NCBI GenBank assembly: GCA_030146155.1
Contig: JASLCF010000106.1
Span: 1-52,314 of the forward strand
DNA: 52,314 bases
Direction of reading: 5' to 3'
Source of the DNA: Savagea sp.
GTDB lineage: Bacteria; Bacillota; Bacilli; Bacillales_A; Planococcaceae
A model generated the notes under the pieces. That model ran no database searches. It was not told the DNA's origin and saw nothing but the letters and a program-made list of their open reading frames with translations. Of the stretch, positions 13,443-25,572 are shown one piece after another (position 1 is the stretch's first letter; every line of letters starts with the position of its first letter). The translations under genes and the position numbers were made by a program.

Positions 13443-14991
13443 ATTCGTTGAAATAATTTAATAAACCACTGTAAATTGCTTGTGCTGTTCGTTCTTGGTA
13501 TTGAGAAGTTAAGATGAGTTGTTCTTCTGCACTATTCGTTAAAAAGCCAAGCTCTAGAAGAACAGTTTGATGACCTCCATCACGAACGATTTGGAAGTTT
13601 CCTTTTTGAACGCCGCGGTCAGTTGTAGGTAATCCAGCTAATTCTTGATTGATGGCTTGAGCTAACTGAAGTTGATCTTCATGATAGTAAAACGTGGTGT
13701 GGCCTCGAACACTTGAATCTAAATTAGCATCATAATGAAGACTAATCATTGCATCAGCACCATTTGTTAATTTTAATTGTGTACGATTTCTTAACGCGAC
13801 AAATTGATCACTTTCGCGTGTCATGATGACAGTTGCTCCTGCAGCTTCGAGTTTATCAACGAGTAAATGTGCAGTTCTTAAAGTTAAGTCTTTTTCGTCC
13901 GTTCCTCGTTGACTGCTTGTTCCTTTATCATGTCCGCCGTGCCCTGCATCGACTACGATAACAATATCTTGTAGTGTACCATCGATGGAAGCTTTTTTAT
14001 TCGGATTCACTTCAACGACTTCTTTTTCTTTTTCTTCTTCTCCTTCGATGGCGACTACCCAGCTGGCAACAAAGGCAGACCCTTCCTCAATTTCAACCTC
14101 TAGCCATTCTTCATGCACACCAATAACCTTATACACTTCTCCGATAGTAGCCCGTTTAACAATTGCAGAATGTGTAGTTGGTTCGGATCTAAAGTTAGTT
14201 CGGTCAGTGACGATTGAAATCGATTGAATCTCTTCTTGGTTGTCTGGTTGATTAGAAACAAGCTGCCCGTGATAGAGAGATAGCCATCCTGTCTTTTTTT
14301 CTGTATATTGAATTTCCACCCAGTTATGATTAATAGAAAGAATAGGGAATCGTTCTTCTGATTGAACAGTTCCAATGACCTTTCCTTTTAATCCTTTATT
14401 GGACCTTACATTTACTGAAGGAATGACTATTTTAAAATGATCTAAGTTTGCATTGATTTCGTCTTTGTCGTCACTGTCTTCTACGGGTGGAGGAGAAGCA
14501 TTGGTTGTAGAATAATTGGTTTCAACCTTTTGAACCCATCCAGATTGTTGATCGTAACGAACAAATAGCCAATCCTCTTTTTCTTGCAGGACCTCAACAG
14601 TTGTATCTTGTGCAAGGACGGCGAGTATATTGGATTTTTCAGAGGGTCCTAATCTGAAATCAACTTCATCAGCTGTGAGTTGTATTTCTTGAGAAGCCTC
14701 AATTGTACTTGAATCTGAGGTTGATTCGTTTGTTAACCATGAGGCAATCCACCCCTTTTTACCTTTATACTCGATTTTAAACCATTCTTGTTCTGTTTCT
14801 AACACTTGTAAAGTGTCCGTGGTTTCTAGACGTTCGATGATATCGTAAGTTAAACCAGGCCCACTACGGAGATTAACCCATGGCTCTGATAGTGTAACTT
14901 CTTTCGGGGCAGCAAACGCTTGACTGATTGGAATGATACTAAAGAGTACAACTAAACTAATCAAAAAACGTGTGAATGGGTGTTTCATCAT
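13441..14991 (-). CDS. N-acetylmuramoyl-L-alanine amidase with multiple SH3b domains (YrvJ-like)
   Basis: Signal peptide; about four SH3b repeats (VNLRSGPG...GWIASW); Amidase_3 motifs DAGHGG, EKDL, SLHYD, LLELGF. Confidence 0.9.
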   Translation of the reverse strand: MMKHPFTRFLISLVVLFSIIPISQAFAAPKEVTLSEPWVNLRSGPGLTYDIIERLETTDTLQVLETEQEWFKIEYKGKKGWIASWLTNESTSDSSTIEASQEIQLTADEVDFRLGPSEKSNILAVLAQDTTVEVLQEKEDWLFVRYDQQSGWVQKVETNYSTTNASPPPVEDSDDKDEINANLDHFKIVIPSVNVRSNKGLKGKVIGTVQSEERFPILSINHNWVEIQYTEKKTGWLSLYHGQLVSNQPDNQEEIQSISIVTDRTNFRSEPTTHSAIVKRATIGEVYKVIGVHEEWLEVEIEEGSAFVASWVVAIEGEEEKEKEVVEVNPNKKASIDGTLQDIVIVVDAGHGGHDKGTSSQRGTDEKDLTLRTAHLLVDKLEAAGATVIMTRESDQFVALRNRTQLKLTNGADAMISLHYDANLDSSVRGHTTFYYHEDQLQLAQAINQELAGLPTTDRGVQKGNFQIVRDGGHQTVLLELGFLTNSAEEQLILTSQYQERTAQAIYSGLLNYFNE

Positions 14992-15011
14992 TTCGCCTCC
15001 TTTGTTGTTCT

Positions 15012-15040
15012 ATTGTACGAAATATTTCACAAGTTGCCAA
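15012..15040 (-). promoter_or_regulatory. SigA promoter of the amidase gene
   Basis: Minus strand TTGGCA-17bp-TACAAT just upstream of AAGGAGG RBS. Confidence 0.6.
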
Positions 15041-15156
15041 TTGATTATCGGTTGTAGTGAAATCTTTGAGCAGATAAAAAGAGAAGAAATGAATTTGCAG
15101 TTGACTTGCTGTGAGAAAATGATTAATATGAATGATACAAACGAATTCAAAAAATA

Positions 15157-15413
15157 GCTAAGGATCCAAAAAGTAAAACGATTCACAAGATGTCTAAAGA
15201 GAAAGTGAACTGGGCTGAAATTCACTTGTCATCGAATGGTTTGAACAACAGTGGGGAGGCGTTCTATCGAAAGGCGAACAGGCTGATTAGGTAGAAACGG
15301 AACTGGCCGTTATCCAGTATCGAGTGGACTGCAATAAGGAGTCAATTTGGGTGGAACCGCGGAAGCTACAAAGCTCTCGTCCCTATTTTTTAATAGGGAT
15401 GAGGGCTTTTTTT
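15157..15413 (+). promoter_or_regulatory. T-box riboswitch leader of hisS-aspS
   Basis: AGTA/GAA loop-E, AGAGA bulge, GGGCTGAAA distal loop, GCCGTTA F-box, T-box GGGTGGAACCGCG (15349-15361), terminator 15373-15413. Confidence 0.93.
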
Positions 15414-15434
15414 ATATTTGAAGGAGGAATTGAA

Positions 15435-16709
15435 ATGAATTTTAAAGTACCTAGAGGAACACAAGATATTCTACCGTCTGAATCATGGAAATGGCAAAAG
15501 GTAGAAGCAATTATCCGTGATACATGTCGTGCTTATCGCTTTGAAGAGATCCGTACACCAATCTTTGAACAAACTGAATTATTTCAAAGAACAGTAGGGG
15601 ATACTACTGATATCGTACAAAAAGAAATGTACACGTTCACTGATCGAGGGAATCGCTCCATGACTTTACGACCTGAAGGAACTGCACCAGTTGTTCGTTC
15701 TTTTGTAGAAAATAAAATGTTTGGTTATCCAGATCAACCAGTGAAATTATTTTATGAAGGACCCATGTTCCGTTATGAAAGGCAACAAGCAGGAAGGTAT
15801 CGTCAGTTCGTTCAATTTGGAGTAGAAGTCATTGGCAGTGCATCACCGATGACAGATGCCGAAACAATCGCTCTTGCAATGGAAGTTTACCAAAAAGCAG
15901 GATTGAAGAATATTAAATTAGTGATTAATTCACTGGGCGACAGAGAAGCTCGTGCGAAACATCGAGAGGCACTAGTTGCTCATTTCTCGCCACATATAGA
16001 AGAGTTTTGTAGTGACTGTCAAATGCGTCTTGAAAAAAACCCGTTACGTATTTTAGATTGTAAAAAAGATCATGAACATCCATTAATGGCGTCTGCTCCA
16101 GCATTGACTGATTATTTAAGTGAAGATAATCTAGCTTATTACTCAGAAGTTAAATCGTATTTATCCGCGATTGATATTGCGTTCGAAGAAGATCCAAATT
16201 TAGTTCGTGGATTAGATTATTATAATCACACAGCCTTTGAAATTATGAGTACTGCTGAAGGGTTTGGTGCGATTACTACCTTATGTGGTGGAGGACGATA
16301 CGATGGGATGACTGCTGAGATTGGCGGACCTGATGCTGCTGGAATTGGCTTTGGAATGAGTATCGAACGTCTCTTACTTGCTTTAGAAAATGAACAAGTA
16401 GAGCTAGTGAATGAGAATGAACTGGATGTTTATCTTGTAACGTTAGGTGACGAAGCAACGAAATTAGGTTTTCAATTAACGCAACAACTGAGAAGAAATG
16501 GGATAGCAGCAGAAACTGATTTTCTAGACCGTAAAATGAAAGGGCAAATGAAATCAGCGGACCGTATGCATGCTAAGTATGTCATTATTATCGGTGAAGA
16601 TGAAGTGGCAGAGCAAGTCGTGCAAGTAAAAGAGATGTCTACTGGTGAGCAACAACAATTGCCGATTGCAGAGGTTGTCGAATACTTTTTAAAAGAGGAG
16701 AGAAAGTAA
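15435..16709 (+). CDS. hisS: Histidine--tRNA ligase
   Basis: [44 protein letters not shown]; start ATG 15435 after AAGGAGG (the longer ORF runs through the T-box leader). Confidence 0.98.
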   Translation: MNFKVPRGTQDILPSESWKWQKVEAIIRDTCRAYRFEEIRTPIFEQTELFQRTVGDTTDIVQKEMYTFTDRGNRSMTLRPEGTAPVVRSFVENKMFGYPDQPVKLFYEGPMFRYERQQAGRYRQFVQFGVEVIGSASPMTDAETIALAMEVYQKAGLKNIKLVINSLGDREARAKHREALVAHFSPHIEEFCSDCQMRLEKNPLRILDCKKDHEHPLMASAPALTDYLSEDNLAYYSEVKSYLSAIDIAFEEDPNLVRGLDYYNHTAFEIMSTAEGFGAITTLCGGGRYDGMTAEIGGPDAAGIGFGMSIERLLLALENEQVELVNENELDVYLVTLGDEATKLGFQLTQQLRRNGIAAETDFLDRKMKGQMKSADRMHAKYVIIIGEDEVAEQVVQVKEMSTGEQQQLPIAEVVEYFLKEERK

Positions 16710-18478
16710 TGAAACGAACACATTATTGTGGAGAAGTCACAGAAAAACAAATTGGTGAAACGATTACTATACAAGGCTGGGTTCAAAAACGAAGAGACTT
16801 GGGTGGCTTGATTTTTGTAGACGTCCGTGACCGCACAGGTATCGTTCAAACTGTATTCAATCCAGAAGCAAATGAAGCCGCTTGGAAAGTAGCGGATAAG
16901 TTTAGAAATGAATTCGTAGTAGAAATCAAAGGGAAAGTAATCGAAAGAGAAGAAGCGCAAAAAAACCCTAAATTACCTACAGGCAACATTGAAATCCAAG
17001 CAGAAGAAGTTGCAATTGTGAACGAAGCTAAGAATCCTCCATTTATGATTGAAGATGAAACAGATGTAAGTGAAGAACTGCGTTTAAAATATCGTTACCT
17101 TGACTTAAGAAGACCTAAATTAGCAAACGTCTTTAAAATGCGTTCAGATATTACACGTACGGTTCGAAATTTTTTAGCTGATGAAGGATTTTTTGAAGTA
17201 GAAACGCCAATTTTAACGAAGTCTACTCCTGAAGGCGCAAGAGATTACTTAGTGCCTTCACGTGTACATGGTGGTGAATTTTACGCGTTACCTCAGTCTC
17301 CACAGTTATTTAAACAGATGTTAATGGTATCTGGATTCGATCGATACTTCCAAATCGCACGCTGTTTCCGTGATGAAGATTTACGTGCAGACCGTCAACC
17401 CGAATTCACTCAAATTGATATGGAAATGAGTTTCATGTCTATGGATGATATTTTAGAGATGAATGAACGTTTAATGAAGCAAATCATGAAAGATGTAAAA
17501 GGAATAGATATTGAAACACCTTTCAAACGAATGCCTTATGACGAAGCGATGTCACGTTTTGGTTCAGACAAACCAGATACACGTTTTGGAATGGAGTTAC
17601 AAGATGTCTCTGCTTTAGTAAAAGACTCTGCATTCAAAGTATTTTCAGGAGCTGTTGAAGCAGGCGGGCAAGTGAAAGCAATCGTAGTCAAAGACGGGGC
17701 TGAAGATTATTCACGAAAAGATATTGACGCATTAGGAGAATATGCAGCTAGGTATGGAGCTAAAGGATTAGCGTGGTTGAAAGTGACAGATGAAGGATTG
17801 AATGGTCCCATTAAAAAATTCTTCGAAGGAGAACCAGGAGACACTCTTGTTTCTGAATTGGGAGCCGAAGCGGGAGACTTAATTCTATTTGTTGCAGCGA
17901 AAAAGTCAGTCGTTGCAGATAGTTTGGGGGCACTTCGTCTTAAACTAGGAAAAGAACGTCAATTAATTGATACGACACAATTTAACTTCCTCTGGGTAGT
18001 AGATTGGCCGTTATTTGAATATGATGAAGAAGCAGAGCGTTTTGTAGCTGCACACCATCCGTTTACGATGCCACAAGATGTTCAAGAGTTGAAAACATCA
18101 CCTGAAACTGTACGCGCACAAGCTTATGACTTGGTATTGAATGGTTATGAATTAGGTGGCGGAAGTTTACGTATTTACCAGAGAGAAGTTCAAGAAACGA
18201 TGTTCAAAGCTTTAGGATTCAGTGAAGAAGAAGCGAAAGAACAATTTGGATTCTTGATGGAAGCATTTGAATACGGAACACCTCCACATGGTGGGATTGC
18301 ATTTGGCTTGGACCGCATTGTGATGTTGCTTTCAGGCTCATCCAATTTAAGAGATACAATTGCTTTCCCTAAAACTGCAAGTGCAAGTTGTTTACTGACA
18401 CAAGCACCAGATGTTGTGAGCGAGGCACAACTGAAAGAATTAAATATTCAATTGCAGAATACGCTTAAAAGTGAATGA
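16709..18478 (+). CDS. aspS: Aspartate--tRNA ligase (possibly non-discriminating Asp/Asn)
   Basis: [51 protein letters not shown]. Confidence 0.98.
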   Translation: MKRTHYCGEVTEKQIGETITIQGWVQKRRDLGGLIFVDVRDRTGIVQTVFNPEANEAAWKVADKFRNEFVVEIKGKVIEREEAQKNPKLPTGNIEIQAEEVAIVNEAKNPPFMIEDETDVSEELRLKYRYLDLRRPKLANVFKMRSDITRTVRNFLADEGFFEVETPILTKSTPEGARDYLVPSRVHGGEFYALPQSPQLFKQMLMVSGFDRYFQIARCFRDEDLRADRQPEFTQIDMEMSFMSMDDILEMNERLMKQIMKDVKGIDIETPFKRMPYDEAMSRFGSDKPDTRFGMELQDVSALVKDSAFKVFSGAVEAGGQVKAIVVKDGAEDYSRKDIDALGEYAARYGAKGLAWLKVTDEGLNGPIKKFFEGEPGDTLVSELGAEAGDLILFVAAKKSVVADSLGALRLKLGKERQLIDTTQFNFLWVVDWPLFEYDEEAERFVAAHHPFTMPQDVQELKTSPETVRAQAYDLVLNGYELGGGSLRIYQREVQETMFKALGFSEEEAKEQFGFLMEAFEYGTPPHGGIAFGLDRIVMLLSGSSNLRDTIAFPKTASASCLLTQAPDVVSEAQLKELNIQLQNTLKSE

Positions 18479-18507
18479 TTGCAATCTAAAAAAGAGTATG
18501 ATAACTT
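18479..18507 (+). promoter_or_regulatory. SigA promoter of 6S RNA
   Basis: TTGCAA-17bp-TAACTT with extended TG at 18499-18500. Confidence 0.6.
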
Positions 18508-18517
18508 ATAAGTAGTA

Positions 18518-18704
18518 GCAAATCCTGAGGTGTACGTCAGAAACGATACAGTTTTGACCTACAATTATATCGTCAGGGAGCTTTACATTCATTTAGGGAT
18601 GACATGCCACGTCTAGTGGACGTCAAAAGTAAATGTGCGAGCACCCACCTGCTAAAATGCAGGCTCAAAACGATACAGTTTTCAACGGCACATTTGGGAT
18701 TTGT
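18518..18704 (+). ncRNA. ssrS: 6S RNA (6S-1/bsrA type)
   Basis: Terminal pairing gcaaatcc/ggatttgt; motifs TCCTGAGGTGT, GGGAGC, GCACCCACCTGC, AACGGCAC as in Bacillus 6S-1; conserved position between aspS and tcdA. Confidence 0.92.
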
Positions 18705-18729
18705 TTCTTTTATTACAGAATTAAATTCG

Positions 18730-18762
18730 ATCTCTCTCCATAGCGAGAGAGATTTTTATTTT
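18730..18762 (+). terminator. Intrinsic terminator after 6S RNA
   Basis: atctctctc-catagc-gagagagat followed by ttttatttt. Confidence 0.7.
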
Positions 18763-18777
18763 AAATGAGGTGAAGGC

Positions 18778-19542
18778 ATGCTACATCAATTTTCTAGAAA
18801 TGAATTAGCGATTGGACAAGAAGGCTTAGAACTCTTAAAAAATACAACAGTCTTGGTCTTAGGGATTGGAGGGGTAGGATCTTTTGCCGCTGAATCACTT
18901 GCTCGTTCTGGAATCGGTAAATTAGTATTAGTCGATAAAGATACAGTGGATATTACAAATGTAAATCGTCAACTGGTTGCTACATTATCGACAATTGGTC
19001 GAGAAAAAGTAGCAGTGATGGAAGAACGCGTCAAAGATGTTAACCCTGATTGTGAAGTGATCGCCATTCACCAATTCTATACAGAAGAAAACTATGAGGA
19101 AATATTTGCCCATCAACCGGATTATGTGATTGATGCTTCAGATACTTTACAGTATAAAATTCATATTGCAGAGGAATGCATTCAAAGAAACATACCGATT
19201 ATATCAAGTATGGGCGCAGCGAATAAAATGGATCCTACTCGTTTTAAAATTGCAGATATTTCTAAAACACATACGGATCCATTAGCTAAAATCATTCGCG
19301 TTCGTTTAAGAAAAAAAGGAATAAGAAAAGGATTGCCTGTTGTTTTTAGTGATGAAAGTCCAATTGTTCAGAAAGCAGAAGTAGTGAAACATGTTGGCAA
19401 TGACCAAGCTGCTATTCGAAAAGCGCAATTACCACCGTCATCTAATGCTTTCGTACCATCTGTCGTAGGGTTGATTTGTACGAGTTGGGTAGTCAATTCA
19501 ATCATTAAAAATGTGCCAATTGAAAGAATCAGTGATAGATAG
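18778..19542 (+). CDS. tcdA: tRNA threonylcarbamoyladenosine dehydratase (ThiF family, YrvM)
   Basis: MLHQFSRNEL, GIGGVGS, DITNVNRQ, SSMGAANKMDPT, THTDPLAK. Confidence 0.93.
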   Translation: MLHQFSRNELAIGQEGLELLKNTTVLVLGIGGVGSFAAESLARSGIGKLVLVDKDTVDITNVNRQLVATLSTIGREKVAVMEERVKDVNPDCEVIAIHQFYTEENYEEIFAHQPDYVIDASDTLQYKIHIAEECIQRNIPIISSMGAANKMDPTRFKIADISKTHTDPLAKIIRVRLRKKGIRKGLPVVFSDESPIVQKAEVVKHVGNDQAAIRKAQLPPSSNAFVPSVVGLICTSWVVNSIIKNVPIERISDR

Positions 19543-19637
19543 CCCTCTTGTCATATAGATTTGAAATTGCTACAATAGGTATAATTACACACTAAAGTAT
19601 TGGCAATCAATCGAACATTACAGGAGGATGAATGAAT

Positions 19638-20543
19638 GTGGCAATGAACCATGGCATTTTATTAGAAAGTGGTACGAACGAATTAGAGATTATTGAATTT
19701 GAGATGGGTTTAAATAGTTACGGGATTAACGTCATCAAAGTTCGAGAAATTATTATGCCTATGGAGGTGACGCCAATTCCTCATGCACACCCAGCTATTG
19801 AAGGGATAATTCAATTACGTGGAGAGGTACTTCCTGTGATTAATATGGAAAAAGTAATGGGGTTACAACAGACTTTTACAAGTGATCAAGGTAAGTATAT
19901 TGTTGCTGCATTTAATAAACAACACGTTGTCTTTCATGTCCATGATGTGACTCAGATCCACCGTATTTCATGGGATCAAATTGAAAAACCCTCTGATATT
20001 TATACTGTGGAAAATTCACATGTGATAGGCGTAATTAAGCGTGCAAATGAAATGTTGCTCTTATTAGATTTCGAAAAAATTATTTTAGATATTAATCCAG
20101 ATACTGGAATAAGTGTAGAGGCAGTAAAAAAACTAGGGGAACGAGAGCGATCATCAAAACGGATTGTGATTGCAGAAGATTCTCCATTGTTGCGCAAATT
20201 ATTACACGATACATTGAACGAGGCAGGTTACTTCAACTTAGAGTTTTTTGAAAATGGCCGGGATGCTTTAGCTTATTTAGAATCTACATTGAATCAAGTA
20301 GGCGATATTACGAAAATGGTGCAACTCGTGATTACTGATATTGAAATGCCACAGATGGATGGTCATCATTTTACGAAGCGTATTCGTGAAAACAAAGGAT
20401 TGTCCGAGTTACCTGTTATTATTTTCTCATCATTAATTACTGACGACTTGAAACATAAGGGTGAAAGTGTAGGGGCGAATGATCAGGTGAGTAAACCTGA
20501 AATTGCGGAATTGGTCTTAAAAATTGACGAGTATATTTTATAA
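19638..20543 (+). CDS. cheV: Chemotaxis protein CheV (CheW plus receiver domain)
   Basis: ILLESGTNELEIIEF, GINVIKVREI, AEDS, ITDIEMPQMDG, IFSSL; start uncertain (19632, 19638 or 19644). Confidence 0.95.
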   Translation: MAMNHGILLESGTNELEIIEFEMGLNSYGINVIKVREIIMPMEVTPIPHAHPAIEGIIQLRGEVLPVINMEKVMGLQQTFTSDQGKYIVAAFNKQHVVFHVHDVTQIHRISWDQIEKPSDIYTVENSHVIGVIKRANEMLLLLDFEKIILDINPDTGISVEAVKKLGERERSSKRIVIAEDSPLLRKLLHDTLNEAGYFNLEFFENGRDALAYLESTLNQVGDITKMVQLVITDIEMPQMDGHHFTKRIRENKGLSELPVIIFSSLITDDLKHKGESVGANDQVSKPEIAELVLKIDEYIL

Positions 20544-20549
20544 ACACTG

Positions 20550-20591
20550 AACGAGCCATCAGTTGAATTCATTTCGCTGATGGCTCGTTTT
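20550..20591 (+). terminator. Intrinsic terminator after cheV
   Basis: aacgagccatcag...ctgatggctcgtt followed by T run. Confidence 0.75.
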
Positions 20592-20626
20592 AATTTTCAT
20601 GTTATAAGGAAGTAAACAAGCTAATT

Positions 20627-20748
20627 GTATGGTGATTCCGTTCCAGTCGGACGAGTGAAAGCGACGGGCTATTTGGATACCTCTATCAAAAGAACCCGTT
20701 AATAAATCAGGTCTACCAACTTCCAAACGCGCCCTATAACCACCATAC
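20627..20748 (+). repeat. Degenerate interspersed repeat copy with terminal inverted repeats
   Basis: gtatggtgatt (20627-37) / aaccaccatac (20738-48) is a 10/11 inverted match; starts GATTCCGTTCCAGTCGGACG, similar to copies at 49049-49080(-) and 52254-end. Confidence 0.45.
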
Positions 20749-20794
20749 GCTCAAAAACTAAAATTCTTCCCCACCATTATTTGGCAAAGAACCT

Positions 20795-22075
20795 TTATTT
20801 CTTTGAATGTTTTAGATGTTCATAAATTTTGCTCATGCGTACTTCTTCACCGGCTTGCACGGCTTGATAAAATCGTTTTCCTTTGAGTTCCTTAGGCAAA
20901 TATTCTTGGTCCACCCATCCACCAAATGTCCCTATCGGTGTATCGTGAGGATAGAGATACCCTCCATGTCCAAGTTCAGCACTCCCTGCATAATGTGTAT
21001 CTTTTAAATGATTAGGGATGTCTCCTGTTTTACCTTGATGGATGGCTTTTGTTGCACGGTCAACTGCTAAGTAAGCTGAGTTTGACTTTTCGGCTAGACA
21101 CATCAGTGCAACTGCGTTAGCAAGAGGAATACGCGCTTCAGGTAAACCGAGTCGTACTGCAGCTTCAGTTGCGGCCAACACTTGAGGTCCAATTTGTGGA
21201 GCGGCTAGCCCAATATCTTCATATGCCATAACAAGTAACCGGCGATTCACTGCGATTAAATCCCCATTTTCAAGCAGATGTGCTAAGTAATACATCGCTG
21301 CATCAATGTCACTGCCACGAACTGATTTTTGAAGGGCAGACAATAGATTATAGAAATGACTGCCTTTTTTATCACCAAATAAACCAATTCGTCCAATTAA
21401 TGAATCCAGCAACATATCATCTACATGTATTACGTCATCTATCCGATCACTTGCTTGGACAACTGATTCTAACAAGGTTAACGCTTTTCTAGCATCCCCA
21501 TTCACACTTTCTGAAATTCGTGTGAGTTGCTCGGGTTCGATGTGGATCTTTTGTTTACCAAGGCCTCTTTTTTCATCCGTTAAGGCACGTTGGAGTAAGA
21601 TCATCAAGTCCTCACTTGTTAATCGCTTGAGTTGTTTGATTTCACCCATACGTGAGCGGATAGCGGGGTTTACATCGTGAAACGGGTTTTCTGTTGTAGC
21701 TCCAATTAAGACAATCGAGCCGTTTTCTACATGAGGAAGCAATGTATCTTGTTGTAATTTATTAAAGCGATGAATTTCATCGAGGAATAAAATCACTTTT
21801 CCTTGTAAACGAGCTTCACCGACGATTTGTTCAATATCTTTTTTACCTGAAGTTGTCGCATTTAATGGATAAAAGGGTAAGTCAGTTGTCCCAGCAATTG
21901 CTGAGGCAAAAGAGGTTTTACCTACACCAGGTGGTCCATAAAGTAAAAGTGAAGGGATATGTCCTTTTTTGATTAATTGATATAATGCAGAATCTTTTGC
22001 GAGAATATGAGATTGACCAACCAGTTCATCGATTGTTCGAGGTCTCATCCGATAAGCGAGAGGTTCTCTTGACAT
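20795..22075 (-). CDS. rarA: Replication-associated recombination protein A (AAA+ ATPase)
   Basis: EPLAYRMRPRT, GPPGVGKTS, LDEIHRFNKLQQD, SALQKSVRGSD, IPNHLKD; start ATG 22075 after AAGGAAGTG. Confidence 0.95.
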   Translation of the reverse strand: MSREPLAYRMRPRTIDELVGQSHILAKDSALYQLIKKGHIPSLLLYGPPGVGKTSFASAIAGTTDLPFYPLNATTSGKKDIEQIVGEARLQGKVILFLDEIHRFNKLQQDTLLPHVENGSIVLIGATTENPFHDVNPAIRSRMGEIKQLKRLTSEDLMILLQRALTDEKRGLGKQKIHIEPEQLTRISESVNGDARKALTLLESVVQASDRIDDVIHVDDMLLDSLIGRIGLFGDKKGSHFYNLLSALQKSVRGSDIDAAMYYLAHLLENGDLIAVNRRLLVMAYEDIGLAAPQIGPQVLAATEAAVRLGLPEARIPLANAVALMCLAEKSNSAYLAVDRATKAIHQGKTGDIPNHLKDTHYAGSAELGHGGYLYPHDTPIGTFGGWVDQEYLPKELKGKRFYQAVQAGEEVRMSKIYEHLKHSKK

Positions 22076-22210
22076 AGGCTCACTTCCTTTCTCAGCTAAG
22101 TATACATGAAAAAAAGACAGGAGACCATTGATTGAAGTCGAGTGAAAGCACAAGCAATTTGCAAGAAATATGCTATACTATGTGAAGAAAATACGTAAGG
22201 AATGATCGGA

Positions 22211-22627
22211 TTGAAAATTTCAACAAGAGGCAGATATGGCTTGACCATTATCGTCCAATTAGGGCGTCATTATGGAGAGGGACCTGTGCCGCTTCGACAA
22301 ATCGCAGAACAATATGAATTATCAGAGGCTTATTTAGAACAATTAGTGAGACCTTTGAGAAAAGCAGGCATTGTAAAGAGCGTTCGCGGAGCACAAGGTG
22401 GATACGAATTAAATCGTGCCCCTCATTTCATTACAGCAGGTGATGTGATACGAGAAGTAGAAGGTCCGATTACAGTGGTAGATGAAATTGACCAACATCC
22501 TGTTGAACAAAAGAAGTTATGGTTATCATTGAGTGAAGCCATTCGTAAAGTATTGGATGAAACAACAATTGACCATTTATTAATTGAAGACGAAGCTATT
22601 GAAGATGGCTATATGTTCTACATTTAG
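22211..22627 (+). CDS. cymR: Rrf2-family cysteine metabolism regulator CymR
   Basis: LKISTRGRYGL, YLEQL, VKSVRGAQGGY, diagnostic C-terminal GYMFYI; no Fe-S cysteines; TTG 22211 (alternative ATG 22202). Confidence 0.92.
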   Translation: MKISTRGRYGLTIIVQLGRHYGEGPVPLRQIAEQYELSEAYLEQLVRPLRKAGIVKSVRGAQGGYELNRAPHFITAGDVIREVEGPITVVDEIDQHPVEQKKLWLSLSEAIRKVLDETTIDHLLIEDEAIEDGYMFYI

Positions 22628-22638
22628 AAAGAAGGCAA

Positions 22639-24892
<2,254 letters not shown>

Positions 24893-24897
24893 AAAGA

Positions 24898-25560
24898 ATG
24901 AATGATAACGAAAAAGGAATCCAAGCACTGCAAGAAGAACGATTTGAAGAGGCGATCCAATCATTTATGCAGGCGATAGAAAAGCAACCGGAAGATCCTG
25001 TAGGATATATTAATCTGGGGAATGTTTTTGCAGCAGTAAATGATATTGAAAAAGCAGAGCAGTTTTTCCAACAAGCCATTGTGCTAGACGATAAAGCCGC
25101 AACTGCTTATTACAGCTTAGCTAATTTATATTATAATACAGAGCGTTTCGATGAAGCTGCACGCTTATATGAACAGTCGATTCAATTAGAAATGGACGGG
25201 GCTGACGCCTATTATATGTTAGCGAAATCTTTTGAGCATTTAGGGAAACTCCAATTAGCTCTCCCTTATAGTTTAAGAGCTTCTGAACTAGCAGAGGACG
25301 ATGTTCAAATTCAATTGACGTATGGTATCCATTTGGCACAATTGGAATTGTTTAATGAAGCATTGGTACAATTTAAAAAAGTACTTCAACTAGATGACGA
25401 GCAAGCAGATGCACATTATAACCTAGGGCTCGTATATGCCGTTTCTACAAATGAGAAGGAAAAAGCGATTGACCATCTAGAAAGAGCATTCACGATTGAA
25501 CCTAACCATATACAAGCACGTGAAATTCATACAATGATTACTAGTGCACTCAATCAGTAA
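24898..25560 (+). CDS. Tetratricopeptide repeat protein (YrrB-like)
   Basis: Multiple TPR repeats (YINLGNV, AYYSLANLYY, AHYNLGLVY); synteny between mnmA and recD2. Confidence 0.9.
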   Translation: MNDNEKGIQALQEERFEEAIQSFMQAIEKQPEDPVGYINLGNVFAAVNDIEKAEQFFQQAIVLDDKAATAYYSLANLYYNTERFDEAARLYEQSIQLEMDGADAYYMLAKSFEHLGKLQLALPYSLRASELAEDDVQIQLTYGIHLAQLELFNEALVQFKKVLQLDDEQADAHYNLGLVYAVSTNEKEKAIDHLERAFTIEPNHIQAREIHTMITSALNQ

Positions 25561-25572
25561 GGAGGGACCGTT

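Noticed and set aside
14933..15225. Two short ORFs (74 aa plus, 71 aa minus) between the amidase and hisS
   Set aside because: They overlap divergent promoters and T-box stem I, and have no RBS.
15324..15434. 37-aa N-terminal extension of HisS in the ORF track
   Set aside because: Overlaps the T-box antiterminator and terminator; the real RBS precedes ATG 15435.
16472..16960. 162-aa antisense ORF, representative of the many shadow ORFs in the track (e.g. 31421-31852, 33631-33939)
   Set aside because: Antisense or out-of-frame to well-conserved genes, with atypical composition and no RBS.
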